Positions 14,001 through 26,800 of a DNA stretch of 50,001 nt are shown piece by piece. The position numbers and the translations under genes were made by a program. Every line of letters starts with the position of its first letter. Positions within the stretch are counted from its first letter, which is position 1. The stretch comes from Catajapyx aquilonaris (Eukaryota): the NCBI GenBank assembly GCA_000934665.2, contig JYFJ02002837.1, positions 1 through 50,001 on the forward strand, read 5' to 3'. The notes below the pieces were generated by a model, which saw only the letters and a program-made list of their open reading frames with translations, was not told where the DNA came from and ran no database searches.

Positions 14001-17000
14001 TCGATTGGTTTATTTTACGAAGGGGTTTGACCTGCCAACTTGATAGTAATTTTGAGAAAATGTCTTGAATGCTGTAAGGGAAGGTTTTTATGTGTAAGGG
14101 TTGCACTGCCCAAGTCAACATTAGAGTAGGTGAATAAGTTATTACCATTCAACTCAAACAGCCAGAGCGAAGCAATACATTAGTAAGGAACATGCTGGAG
14201 TAAAATGGCCTTCCATTCCTGCTCTCGAACTGTTGACTTGGGCAAGGAACCTGCATAACAGCTTGTTTTTTTAAATGTCAGGACGGGTCAGGACACAATA
14301 TTTTGCTTCCATGTCATAGGTTATGTTCTCCCATGTGCAACAGAGTGGATTTTTTCCCCATGTTTGGAATCCTGTATTGTCATGTGCCAAACAAAATGGG
14401 CAGTATGGGAGAGGAATGTGTAATAGGATATGCACCAAGAGCATTATTTTTCAGCTGCAAACAGACCGCTCAATACTTCCGCTCATGTGAGCAATGGACA
14501 ATTTTTTAGCCTCTGAGGTAGGTGAATAGTCATATTTTACATACAGTGTAAATACCGCAGTAATTTATTTGTAACAGCCGGTGTGAATGGGCAGTAACTT
14601 TTACTGGTAAAGTGCTGTCAAATCATTGTTATAACTAATAACCTGTAGGCATGTTGAAAGCTAGACTTTGTGCAATTTAGCTAGTTTTGCTTGTTAGCAA
14701 ACTCAAACGCAAATTATTCTGTCATTTGCAGTGTGTATACGGCTGATTGTCCGCATACGTCGGATACACCTCAAAGCTCAGCATGAGTCGATAGGGCACG
14801 GAAGAAGGTAATTGCAGTGTAAAGGGTATGATGTTATCTATTTAGCAGAGACATTGTCATTAGCCCTTATCTGATTTATGTATATCTAGCCAATATTGTG
14901 CTCTAACGTGTACTGTACTCGATCGCATAGCAAAATAGTGCCTTGCGGTATCTCATTACCATAACACTTTCGAAGCACAAGTATTACAATATTGAATTCC
15001 GTTCTTTAAGAGGTTAATTGAGGAAATATTCAGCTTCAGAGCACAAACATATTGATTAGCCGAAATAAATCAATGAAATTCTCGGAATAGCAAATTATCA
15101 TAATAACACTCCGATTCCATCGGCGGCATCCTGAACGAATGAGATGATGTCGAAAATGACAAAGAGCGATTCGTGCATAGCGTGATATGTCGCATGAATC
15201 TCATCGGCAGCAAATCACGCTGTTTCTCAGCTACTTTTTGAACTCTCGCTTTGATAACAATGTCATTATCCTAATGGCAAGTGGAGCCAAATCCAATCGT
15301 GAGTGCGGCCTGGGATAGTTCAATTTGATTCAACGTGCTCTCTGTACAGTACTTGCGCTTGGGACTGACGAGGTATTTTACAAGGGCTGGAGTCTTCCGC
15401 AAGCCACATCAAAGGCTATACGTTCTAAAGTGTGCGGGTTAATGGAGAGGAAGTGATTAATGATGGCGATTAGTGCTGAATATTTTTTTTTTTTTTGCTC
15501 TGATGGGATGAGGCTTCCATGTCCATTGAGCCGAGTTTCTCAAAGTGACTTTAATGAAAGGAAATGGTGTATTCGAGGAAATTCAGTTTTCCTTTGAGTA
15601 GAACAGACACACAGGCAAGGGAGTCAGCGTCGCATCAGAAGGGTTTCGTCCTGTGTAATTGGCATAAAAAAGAGCCCGAGTCTTCTCCACTACACTTGGT
15701 CTCTACTATTTTACATAATCGCGCGTATAAGCTCCGAGGAACTTTACGACTCGTTACTAGGGAAGTGCTGACAGCTAATGAGAATATTGTGCTCCTATAT
15801 TTCAAAGCGTGAGGCGTCGCTCCCTAATTATATTTGCAATCTAAAATTCGAGGACGTGAGTAAACAACTCGGAGGACAGCATGTGTCTCTGATGACACGA
15901 CTCCAACGTTGTGTCATCCAAACCAATATTTGCAACGGCAATTGCCTGTGGGTTTTAGTCACTTTCCTTCGCTAGAAAAAAGAATCATTATTTTTTACCT
16001 ATAGTATAGTCTCTTGAGAAGATAAATGACTGAGCCAAGTACTGCATTTAAATTATGACTTTTCCATGGTTGGGTGTCCTCAAAAATTATCGTAAAACTT
16101 CATATCCATCTAGCCGACTCCAACAGTTGAATCGATGTCCTTCTGACTCTATAGGGCCTTTCCTCTGACCTTTGCACATCAATATGTCCGCACGCAAGCA
16201 CTGACCATTCATCATCGACTGTTGCCTCCTCCCTCTGCCTATATACAACATGCAGGCATTTGCCGCTTTCCAAAAGCACCTTCCTAATCTCCTCTGATCG
16301 CAGGAGAAATCATTTGGAAAGTCAGGCGTGTTCTTCCGAGAGAGAACATGGATCTTTAGATATTCAGGCTGAAAAGCTCGCCGTGTAGTCAATTAGAGAT
16401 GTAAAAAAGCACTCCGATGGATACGCGAGGCGTGTCCCATCAGCAATTCAGGCGACGGCCAAAAGCAGCCGGAATAAATATGAATTTGAATGGGCATTTC
16501 ACAGAGAGATGGGCAGTACCCAAGGGTGTGCCGTTTCATTACCAAAATTACGGCGCTTGTCCGGCATCCGTGGTTGAGTGTTTACGGATTCGGACGGAAA
16601 GTGCTTCATAATCCGTCACCATCTACATTAGAGCTGGCCTTTGAGAGACGCTGTTATTTTTGCTTCGGCGACGTCCAGTTTGAGCTGCACATGTTTGAAT
16701 GCTCCGTTTCAGAGCTTTCATGTTTGTATACCGTAATGAAGTATGTACCATTGACGGTGGAAAAATCTCAACTGTTACATGTAAGGAATCCTATTAGCTC
16801 TTCACTAATTAAAAATGTGAATATTATTGAGAACATCCACTTGCGTACTTTTCATCCTTGCATGATGCAACCCAAATTACACGGTGTTGCCATATCGTGC
16901 CAAATATTGCCGTTGATTCATAATGGGAGAGTTATCACTAAATATGGCAGCATTCGCCCCCATATTTTAAAGAAGTAAACTGACCTGCTGAAGGAAGGTG

Positions 17001-20000
17001 GCCAGAAGGAAGCGCGGTGCTCGAGAGCCTCTTCCTAGAACTGTGATATGTACTTGCTCTGCGTACGTGAAGACGGCTACTGCCAACGTTCTAGGTCCAG
17101 GAGGCGGAAGAATAGGATACACTGCCTTCAAAGGATGGCCTCCAACCAGGAGTGTTGACCCTGGTCCTGGCAGGCTGCTGAACTATAGAGGCAAACAGGA
17201 GCATTTTGTTAAAAAACAAGAGCATCCACTATACACGGTGCATGACCCTAATTAAATTCGGGCACCGTAATGAGATAACTCCATTACAAATTCACTCGCT
17301 TGCATAATTGGGCTATCTGACACTAATGCTTTTAATGATCTCCAGGGAGCCGGCATTTAGTGCGTAACTTTATACCTGGAGAGCAGAGACATTTCGAGGA
17401 GCTCCTAGAACAGCCTTGGCTATCCTGTGGGGCAGGATGGCCAGGAGGATGGCCGATGCCCCGTAGGCCACCACGGGGTCGGCTGACCCCCTGACCTCTT
17501 CCAGGAGGCGTCTAATGGCCCATAGTCTGGGCACGGCTCCTTCGACTCCGGAAGGCAGTGAGGCCAAAAGGGCAGACACTTTCCATCCGAGCTTGGAGGT
17601 GGACTTTGGCGAGGCGAGGTCGTTGCGCAGGTCAACCGGAAGCATCATCTAAGGGGGTCAAAGATAGCGAATTAGTATGCAGGTAGCCACAGAGAGTTAC
17701 GTTCCGGCGACTCTTTTCAACAGGCCAGTTACTTAACGCGGACTTCAAAGGACCGGCTGTGTATACGTGAGATCGGACTGGATTTTCGGGCCCTTTGTAG
17801 GGTCTGTGTGCCTAGAGCTAATTAGCTTACAAACACAATTAGTTGCATTTTGGTTTGTGTTACTCCGTGTCCTTAAGTATCCTACGAACGTAAGATGCAC
17901 TACGGAACAGTAAACCGAAAATGCATATTCGTTAATATTGTAACTCATCAGGAAAGTGACATTTTCGTGTTTCCTGTCCGATTTTTGCTTAAATCGTTTA
18001 TAAAGTACGTTTTGCTGGAAATGAAACCAAATCGGTTTTGTCGAGGAAAGACAGGAAAATGGGGGGAAAGGGGTTAATTCAACAACAGCGTTACTATGCG
18101 TGATATAGAGGTGGGAACGAAATATCTTAATACGAAATATCTTAATAAAGGCTATCCCTTGTCAATGCTCAGAATATTGTAGCCTATACTAAAATTGCTT
18201 GAATTTTTAACATATCAATGTTCATCATGTTCATAACTCAAATGTAGGCCACAGGAACTTTATGAGTGTCATCCTCACTCCCACAAAATTATTATTGACA
18301 AATGCTGTATTGTGATCCTACTTCCATTTCGTTCCATTAGCATCCTGCATCCCACGCCACCTGTCTAGCAAACAAGCTGCACAGGCTATACTAGTTAGTC
18401 AGGCTCTAACTTTGACATTATATGAACATATAGGATTTAATGGGATTACTATGTAATCCCAACTAATGACGCTGTTAATACGCGACATGGCTTTTGAAAA
18501 GGCATCGGGCCATCTGATTAAAACTGCATTGGCTCGCACTAAATTATGATGCAATTATTGAAGAAAAAACTTGCCATGATATTCAAACACCAATGCTACA
18601 CTCGACAATATGTTTGGGACATCTTAGTTTGTAAAATACCATCTCAAAAAGTAGGCCCCTCCTGACACCATTAATATCTGATTGGTGGAACAGAGGCCCC
18701 CCGCGCTCTGTTCCACCAATCAGATCGTCCTTAGGGTTTCAAGAAAATGATTTCTTTTGGACCGCACTGTAACCACCATTCTGATTGGTGGCGCACAGCT
18801 CGGGGGAGGGGGGCGCTCTGCTCCACCAATTAGAATGGTGGTTACAGTGTGGTCAATAAGAAATCCTCTTTTGACACCCCAGCGTGTATTGGTCGCAATG
18901 GCTTTTTTTGGTGTGAAGTTAGGCTGTGGGTACGTACCTGGAGATTGCATGGGTGCATGGTGCCCTTGACCTTAAGGTACTCTCTGACGCTCCCGGCCAC
19001 GGCAGCCAGCAGGACATCGTTGAGCGTGCTCCTGGTGACCTGCTTGACCCTGAGGACCTTAGAGAGCGTGAGTGCTGCTGACCAGGCGACGGCCCTGGGC
19101 TTGGACTGCCCCCCAAAGCTGGGCTGCTTGCTGACCCTCCTCCGCCTGACCAGGAGCCCCCTTCCCCACCAAGTGGCCACGGTGAGTGGGCCTATGAGCA
19201 AGGCGCGGATCACGTTCAGGGAGAAACTCAGCCCCGCGAAATGGGGCCGTTGCGGGATGTGCAGCACCTGAGAGCCGAGCAAGATCAGGAGGAAGGAAGG
19301 ACACGGGAAAGAATGGGAATCATGTTCAGATGAGAAGGAGACCAGGAAGGTGCGGGTTCAGGCCTGACACTACGACTGTTTCCCTACAGTTACATTGTCC
19401 GTCAGTGGTCGGAAAATTGGAATAATCAAGGATTGGACGTTTTAATTGGCATCTCTACTTGCCATGTTTGAGATTGAGCACTGACGGACAATCACTCTCT
19501 TGTGATTACAGGGAAACGGACGTAGTGTGCAATGCGCCAACTAAGCACTAATGCTACGCTAACATACTAAAGTGCAGGTCTCAGTTTGAACTACAGTAGA
19601 TGTGTTTGGAACCAGAGGCTTTACGGATTCGAAGAGATTAGTGCGATTTTACGCTCGTTTGATATACTTTTTTTATAGAGTGCCCTGGAAATGGCAACTG
19701 ATACTGATATGTATACATTTGTGAGGCCATGGAATTTTATTGAGAGGAGCCATGATAGGAAGAAGTATTATTATAATCTGCAACGATCCGCCTATAAGAA
19801 TCGGTATTTAAAGGGGTTTTAGGATAACTTGCTTTTCCCTATTCGCCACAATAACCTAGATACGACACACGATCCAGAGGATAAACTCAGAGCAATGTCT
19901 CGGATATCGAGCAAATAAAGTATCCAGTGATAGATGTTCCAAAGCGGCAAGGATTATTAGAAATCACATAAATGAAACAGCGGAAGCGCTTCCGGAAACC

Positions 20001-23000
20001 TAGAGGGAAACCAGTCATAAAATCGGCTGTACAATTTGCTCCAACCTCCAACCCATGTGAGCATCTCCAATATATTTTCCTCAATCCCTATCCCTGCAGA
20101 CACTAATAAATAGTGACAATCTCGTACAATCCAAAATCACCCATGCATTTATGCAATCGCCTCCGATTAATAAATGATTTCGAATCACTCTGACCAGGTC
20201 AAGTTAATTTTTTCTCGGAAATTCAATATCTGGCAAGATGTGCTGTTTTTAGCCCATATTGTTGGTATACGTCCAGTTATTAACTCCAAATCAACTTATG
20301 GGTGTGTGAAATGTTTTACAAGTAAATATTTTATGGCCTGAATTAGTAATAATAATAAACCAAAGCATAATATGCAGGAAAGGCCGCCACAGATCCGAGA
20401 GCTTTATTATTATTATCCTAAAGTAATTACGCATACTTTCACTACGTTCTTCTTGAGTAGTGGGCATTGAACTTTATTTTAATGATAAGCACCAGTCATC
20501 TTGCATCATGTTTAGGACGATGCGCTGTGAGAATATCGCAGTTTTTACTGGCGGACTCTTCATAATAATGGTGCCCTGAGGTGCGGAAAAAATTCAACCT
20601 TAGATGGAGTCGCCAATTATTCTCCCAGATCAATTTGCATAAGCGCAAAGTCATCAGGGATTAAGGGATTTTAAGAGCAGAAGAGATCGAGGGAAATCTA
20701 AATGTCCGTAAATTAAATTTTAACAGAAGGCTACTGTTTCCAGTGGGACGCCAAAAGCTCCTGGGGCCGCACGTGCTCTGGAGAAGGCCAGAAAAATCCT
20801 ATTTTTGTAGTGTATAGCCGGCATAGAAACATCGGAAGAAATCGCTTCCTTGATAGAATAGAGTAGATAGAGTTATGTATATGTTTAAATGGCCAATATT
20901 CAATTCGAAAAATTATGCAACCTCTACCATTGCAATAAAAATTTAATTAAAACTCTGAAAGATTCCTATAGCGCCTTCTCTTGCCATATTTCGTACATTA
21001 TAATGGTAAATTATCAACATTCAAGCCCAGGTATTCACTAATCAAATTACAAACATTTGAAAGCTGAGATGAAAAGATATACTAATATTGTTAGGAACAA
21101 TTTCCAGTAGAAGTGATCGTGTCTCATAACAAAAATCAATCAAGGAAGAGATCAATTATCTTCATTCTTTGGCATTATAGGTACAGTTGGACGAACCTTG
21201 TAAATTGTGCTTATGTTATCGTCACTGAATTGCAGGATATAATTTTTAATGAAATTTAATTGGCACCATCCGATGAAGCTCGGTACTTTTCGTGGCGCCT
21301 AATGTTTGGCCCACTTGCTTACTTTCGTAATGTTACGCACTGGATAAATTATACAGCACTCTGGTATTGTATACGAAGACATACTAAGGTGACGAGAAAT
21401 CAGCCCATGCCATTAATAATTTTTAGTGGCTTTTTGTTTGTTGTCATATTGCAAATTGTTCTCACGCTTTATTCCCTACATGAAAATTTGTCAATTTGGC
21501 ACCACTACATTAATATTTCGAAAAGTATGATTTGTTGCGAACTCAAATAATCCGGTGGATTATATTATTGACAGGCAGTGTGAATGGTACGAGCCGCAAG
21601 CCACAAATCCTCCCCACCATTGTTTTTCCCAACAACACGCGCATCAGTTACAGATTTTCATAATAAAGAAGATTTGATAGCGCTCATTATTTATCAGAGC
21701 CCATGTTTAGAACTACTTGAAATATGACCAAACTAGTGGACAAAAATGGGAGGCCCGATGTGTCATTGCCCTTTTCACGCACGCCCAAAAAAAATCGCTA
21801 AATCCAGCTCTGAATATTGCCTACCAAAAGGTCGAGTGCCGTTTTATAAGCCCCTTATGGCCATATGGAGTGGAATGGCGGGGCTAGACTCCGTTTGGGA
21901 TGTTTCAGCAATTTTGTGGCCCTTTTGGCAAGCTGGTGAGAAGGGATATGGAGGTTCCTACAATTTACGTAATATTACAACCAGCAGTTAAATTGAGCGA
22001 ATAGAACCAAATAAGGTGCCCAAGAATAAATCCCAAAATGCTTTACGAAAGTGCTAGCTTACCTTTGATTCCTTCAGTACAACTTCTGTACCAGCATCGC
22101 ACTGTTAATCACCAGCTTACCCTATACCTAGCAAAAAAATGCATAACTACAGTGCTTTTACACTATAAGGCAATCTAGTGATTAACAGCTTGATGTGGTA
22201 AGCCACCAATAGAAGAGACATATAAACGTGACGCACAACAGACATGGAGGGAATCACACGCACATCCACACACACCTTAGCGATACGCCTACGCGCACAC
22301 ACCTGCTGGTCCGCCAGAGAGTGGCACAGAATCCGCACTAGTGACATCCCGTCCGCCAAGCACTGGTGCACTCTCAGCACTACCACAGTGTCCCGATTTG
22401 GACCATAATTGTGAAGGACCCGCACTTCCCAAAGGGGCTTGCAGGTGGAGAGAGGCTCGGTCAGGAGGTCACCAACGTAGGCCTGCAGCTGGGCCTCGTC
22501 TCTCAGGTTGGGACCCAGTATCACGTGGTCACTTATGTTGAAAGCCAGGTATGGCTCCCAGCGGAAGGCGGATCGGGTCGACACAACCCGGTGGGTGAAA
22601 CGCGGGTAAAGTTTGCTTCCGCTGGGTCCCTCCGCCTGCACCACTCTGGAGAGCAACAGTTGACGGAATTGCGCAATGTCCATACCACCTTCGAACAGTA
22701 GCACAGCATGCATCACTGACGCCAACTCCTGAAATCAGAGACACATTGAGGAATTCACATTGTACCAACTGAAATATCTGCACTAGTGACGGATATGTAC
22801 ATTAAAGCAGCGAGTGTTATCAATAATTTAAACTCTGAAACGTGATCACATGTGCTATGAATAATTGAGGGAACATCACAGAAAATTTATGCAACAGTTA
22901 TGATGTGATGGCCAATTTTTTTATATCGCTTCGACACTTTTTGAACCCGTAAATTCCCACCGGATCAGCGTGTCAGCAGACACATATTGGTTCTGATAAC

Positions 23001-23889
23001 ATTTTCTGACAAAACCAGATCAATGTGATTGAATTCGTGGATCTGAACTGTTGGAATTCCCATCAATTTAGACCCTAGTATCTCATGGGTTTTTGGTGTT
23101 TCATATTCCTTTCAGTCAGAACCGGTATAAAAACACCCTTCATGGCTGAGCCGTATTCGTCGCCAAAGCTCATTACAGGCTGGGTGCTGGCCCACTATTT
23201 TATTCACACGCGCTTTTGTTGTTATCCACCAGCACACACTATTACGCGAACCGAAGGGCACTTGAGCGGTTGGGAGGGTTGTACCTGGGAGGACTCATCC
23301 GGATTAGCGAGCCACTGTGCGTCGTTGGGACAAACGAGGTTAAAATCCGGGTCACAGCCATGCTTGCAACATCGAGCCCGACTGCTGCCCAAGAGTTCGG
23401 CCATGTACCGGCAGACCCAGGCCAAAGGTAGAAGAAAGGCCAGGGCACAGAGCACGGGCACTGCCAGGGCCAGGGCTAAGCACAAGGTCACAAGGGCCGA
23501 GAAGAAACTCCAGAGCACACTTTCCTCCAGGGGGTGTCTGATGGGTGGAATTTGGCTCCTGCTTCGTCCCACTCGGCAGCACCGCCACCACCACGACGCT
23601 GACGACGACGACGACGATGACGCCGTTGGGGACTCTGACAAAGACACAAGTAGGACATCCCGTCGTCTGTTTAGATACAAGAAATGTACAGGGTGGCGCA
23701 CTCCTCAAGCTTCAAGTCCAATAATATTATATAGATAAGGACAGTCAAAATTAATATGATGGTACTTGGGTAATGCGTCACCCTGTACATCCGGAGATGG
23801 GTCTCACCGGCTGCCGGAGGTGTATTGGACAGGTCCGCAGTGGAACAGGCGGCGTCATACTGTGTGAATCCATCCTGCTTTGTTGCCAT
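3198..23889 (-). CDS. WS/DGAT (wax ester synthase/diacylglycerol O-acyltransferase) family gene, spliced, >=661 codons, 3' end unresolved
   Basis: Exons 23889-23808, 23634-23285, 22728-22303, 19267-18938, 17648-17376, 17182-16985, 9408-9304 and 3416-3198 all have GT-AG boundaries and join in frame (first junction phase 1, the rest phase 0). Family hallmarks: YPRF, KPLWE, RVHQCLADGMS (HHxxxDG position), TLNDVLLAAVAG, PVDLR, SSLPGP and AVFTYAEQV. Confidence 0.85.
8006..8068. repeat. (AAT)n microsatellite, ~21 units
   Basis: Directly visible. Confidence 0.97.
9304..9408 (-). CDS. WS/DGAT downstream exon (35 codons)
   Basis: GC-rich island in AT-rich intron; tttcAG|GTC ... GAG|GTCAGT, phase 0 at both ends. 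Encodes VEQLSDLLAHRRVPGEVRRVLSSRRDDFSRPPLQE. Confidence 0.7.
11350..12100 (-). mobile_element. Possible decayed MULE-type transposase fragment in WS/DGAT intron (boundaries approximate)
   Basis: Overlapping broken ORFs contain AHEGH, DR/QWV, GDDAVFKHLFV and NFQL in an order reminiscent of insect MULEs. Weak, recalled similarity only. Confidence 0.22.
16985..17182 (-). CDS. WS/DGAT C-terminal-domain exon (66 codons; absent from the ORF track because it lacks a start codon)
   Basis: Acceptor ctatAG|TTC, donor CAG|GTCAGT. Hand translation FSSLPGPGSTLLVGGHPLKAVYPILPPPGPRTLAVAVFTYAEQVHITVLGRGSRAPRFLLATFLQQ matches the SNVPGP...SY region of the family. Confidence 0.85.
17376..17648 (-). CDS. WS/DGAT exon (91 codons)
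   Basis: Acceptor cccttAG|ATG, donor CAG|GTAT. Encodes MMLPVDLRND...EGAVPRLWAIRRLLEE...SALQ. Confidence 0.85.
18676..18865. repeat. Two adjacent related hairpins (palindromic MITE-like)
   Basis: Perfect 20-nt arms at 18676-18695/18706-18725; 51-nt arms with ~6 mismatches at 18749-18799/18815-18865. Both share the core tctgattggtgg. Confidence 0.8.
18938..19267 (-). CDS. WS/DGAT exon (110 codons)
   Basis: Acceptor ctctcAG|GTG, donor CAG|GTACGT. Encodes VLHIPQRPHF...VKQVTRSTLNDVLLAAVAGSVREYL...NLQ. Confidence 0.88.
19367..19528. mobile_element. MITE-like element with bipartite inverted termini
   Basis: acactacgactgtttccct / agggaaacggacgtagtgt, plus an internal perfect 14-mer pair attgtccgtcagtg / cactgacggacaat. 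Confidence 0.55.
22303..22728 (-). CDS. WS/DGAT catalytic-domain exon (142 codons)
   Basis: Acceptor tttcAG|GAG, donor CAG|GTGTGT. Encodes ELASVMHAVLLFEG...LYPRF...KPLWEVRVL...LRVHQCLADGMSLVRILCHSLADQQ. Confidence 0.9.
23285..23634 (-). CDS. WS/DGAT exon: Ser-rich linker plus long hydrophobic (transmembrane-like) segment
   Basis: Encodes ESPTASSSSSSASWWW...VLWSFFSALVTLCLALALAVPVLCALAFLLPLAWVC...NDAQWLANPDESSQ; donor CAG|GTAC. Confidence 0.75.
23687..23787. mobile_element. Tc1/mariner-type MITE (TA-flanked CAGGGTG termini) in WS/DGAT intron
   Basis: atgtacagggtggcgca (23684-23700) and tgcgtcaccctgtacat (23774-23790) are inverted, with 1 mismatch. Confidence 0.6.
23808..23889 (-). CDS. WS/DGAT first coding exon (MATKQDG...NTPPAA), preferred model
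   Basis: ATG at 23889 has an in-frame upstream stop. Donor CCG|GTGAGA (phase 1) matches acceptor ctttgtcAG| at 23634. A pyrimidine-rich acceptor at 23940-23941 implies an upstream 5'UTR exon. Confidence 0.55.
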
Positions 23890-26800
23890 AGTCCGAGCAT
23901 GGGCTTCACTTTGGGGGGTCTACCTCTCTGCATGGCGACCTGTAAAAGGAAGGAAGGAAGGGGTAAGGTGATGAGACAGCAAGGGTTGGAGGCGGGGGCG
24001 GTGTAACAAAATGATGGGAATATAGACCCTGCTGCTTCTCAGCATCCCTTCTCATCAAGCACGGATTACTTGCTAATGGGAACTGAAGCCAAGGATAATA
24101 ATTCCTTCGTGCTGGCTTGGACCGAATCAGGAAACTGCGTACGCTTCGTTGGTCATTTGTTCGGAGGTGTTCTAGCCGCAGGGCTAATATCGTGTCTATA
24201 TTTAGCTCTAATTAGTATTAACGTGGAGGGAGCTCTTGCAGGAGCTTCCGTTTTCTTGGCCTCTGTTTTTTTGACGTACACGCTGACGTGAACGTGGTCT
24301 CAAGGTTAGTCGTGTGTTGAAGCCTATATCGTGTAATTACACAGGGTCCTCCATCACCCTCGGACTTATGTTACTTCCTAGATATTTTTATGGAGAAGCT
24401 AAAAGTTACCACTAAACTTGTACGACCTTACTAAAAATGAACCTGGTGGACATAACTTATGTCAAATTTTATATTGAGTTGAGAGTAGCGGTATATGTTT
24501 GGTTAAAAGCAAGAAAATGTTACTGGCGAATTCTTCATTTTCTCCCGCTTTTCTTAATTCTCTTCGGAAGCTGCGGGATTGAGATAAGAAGATGATGTAA
24601 TTATATCCGACCATGTACAGGACTACTAAACGGGTCAATAAGGTGCAACGTATTTTGCATGAGGGCAAGGCTTTCACGGCACTTTACTTGGTGCATAACA
24701 AGCTAAATTCAACGGTTATACGTATGTCAACAAGTCAGTTACAAATGGAATAATATTCCTACCTGCACTGCCGACAGAAACCGCAGTTTAGAAGCTGCAG
24801 CTCATGGTAACACCCATTGCTTTTAGCCTTGCTACAATCTAGGCACATGCAGGTGCACGAGTATTCATTTTGTACACGTACTGCATTTGCCATACAAGCA
24901 CCGGTGGCTTAAGAATATTCAGCACCAGTCGTACACCTGTTAAGGAAAAAAAGAAGGAAAAATGTCGTGGGTGTAACGTGGTTGCAAACAAACCTGCCCA
25001 TTGTAAATTATGCACATTCGGGGCTGCTGCATTGGAATTCGTTGTGGAACTTTGCGTGGGCTCTCGGGAAACAAAGCACCTGAAATCCGTCTGGTCTACT
25101 CGCATGTTGCCTTCACTAAACGAGACAAGCCTGCAGTTTGTCTGCTCACTGAGCTCAAGTTGCTACAAGTGCAAGACAGCTTAATATGTTGTTTGTATGA
25201 AGGAATGCAGATTAAAACGAAGGCTCTGAAGTATAGTCTACATACATATGCAGCATCTGCTTTCCATCGAGTTTTGCCCTACTTCAACAATAAGGCTGTA
25301 ATCTAAAGTAATGACGCGGTATTACTTGGTCGTTACTACAGGGACTGTAACATTGTGTACCGTATATTCTTGAGAGCTTTAGGCATTTCTTTTGAAGGAA
25401 GTGCCGCAATTGTACTGTAACAAAACACCAGGGCATTAATTATTTTGACGTATACATAGCCTCGAGTATCTCCCGAGCTCTGAAAGCAACTAATTCTGTA
25501 TTCAGCTGAAGGCAATATTAATTAGGTTCCTGTGTCTTTAGCTAAATGATGTTTCAGCGTCTCAAAATATTTCCGTCTTCATTTTCCGCTAGTTTCAACG
25601 AAGTTAGTTGCTAATTGGTACATCATCAGTAGGCCTACTTTCTGGTGTAAATACAGTGGAACTTCTGTAACTACACGTATAATCTCCAAGGGAGCAAAAT
25701 AATCTTGTGGATGCTCGGATGACATAATTTCACACAAAATGGGCTCATAAATCATTATTTTCTACCAGGCATAATCGTATTTAACAGAAGCATATACGTC
25801 AAAATGAAGAATAGATATTTGTTGGCATGTGATTGTTGTGCAGCAGGCATTATTAAATCAATGAGATATGTTAGAGTTAAGCCGTTTGCAAGAGGTCTGC
25901 CTGCAGAATTAGTGGTCTATGCTGGAACCAAATGGATTTCAAGTACTTACGAAAAGTAGCTAACCGGAAAGAGCGAAGGAGCAATTTTGTGTTTTCGATT
26001 GTGTTTGTGATGCCAAGCAGCTTTCGTTATATAGCCTGACAACCACGCGCGCTGTTTTGAAGTGGAAATAATTCTTATCTGTCATGGTGCCACAAGTACA
26101 CTGGACGGTCGTTAACATGCTATGAAATGTGTTTTAAAACCACTGCCTCTCTTAACTGCCGTTTTAAATAATAATTTAAATGAACGTTATGCTGGAACGT
26201 GTAAAAATAGCAAAAGAAGCATGCAGGATTATGTAACATTCAGCTTTCAATAGTGCCTCGAGCAACATTTCATTCAGTATTACAATATCACCCAACGGAA
26301 ATGAATTACACTACACCAAACAGAAGACAAGCTACATCTCCACAAATTACAGCCTTCGAGCATCAAAAAAAGGCAAAAAAAAAAACCCACTCTTTGCTCA
26401 AGTAATGAAACTGTCCGAGCTTGTGAGATCGATAAGGGTATGACAACTGCCTGCTTTTTTGATCCCCCAGAGAGAGAGTCTGTATATAGAGTCGAGAAAG
26501 TATGAATGGGTGTGGACACTGACGGGGCATGGAAGAGCCCTCGTCGGAAGCACGAACCACCACCACTCCTTTCATCACCTGACACTCCAATTCCCAAGTT
26601 GATGTCTGTTTGCACCTCAAATCCCCTGCAGCAAAAGGCGCTGAACTCTTGCCTCCTGTACATCATTACAAGGATGTCTATATCAGGCTATTATATGACT
26701 ATGTCTCGGGTTGCTTCCAAATGCACCAAAGTAGGAAACTCGAAGCCTGTGTCGTGTAAATCCTATCCGAATGTGTAGTTGTTGAGCATTGTTGTTCAGC

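Noticed and set aside
16087..16630. Candidate WS/DGAT exons just after 16985
   Set aside because: Weak acceptors and no family-like sequence; the 9408-9304 exon fits better.
18117..18146. 15-bp direct tandem duplication
   Set aside because: Trivial slippage-type duplication in an intron.
23085..23738. 217-aa plus-strand ORF, and similar plus-strand ORFs over 17.0-17.2, 18.8-19.3, 22.3-22.7, 45.3-45.9 and 47.6-48.3 kb
   Set aside because: Antisense shadows of GC-rich minus-strand exons; no independent protein signature.
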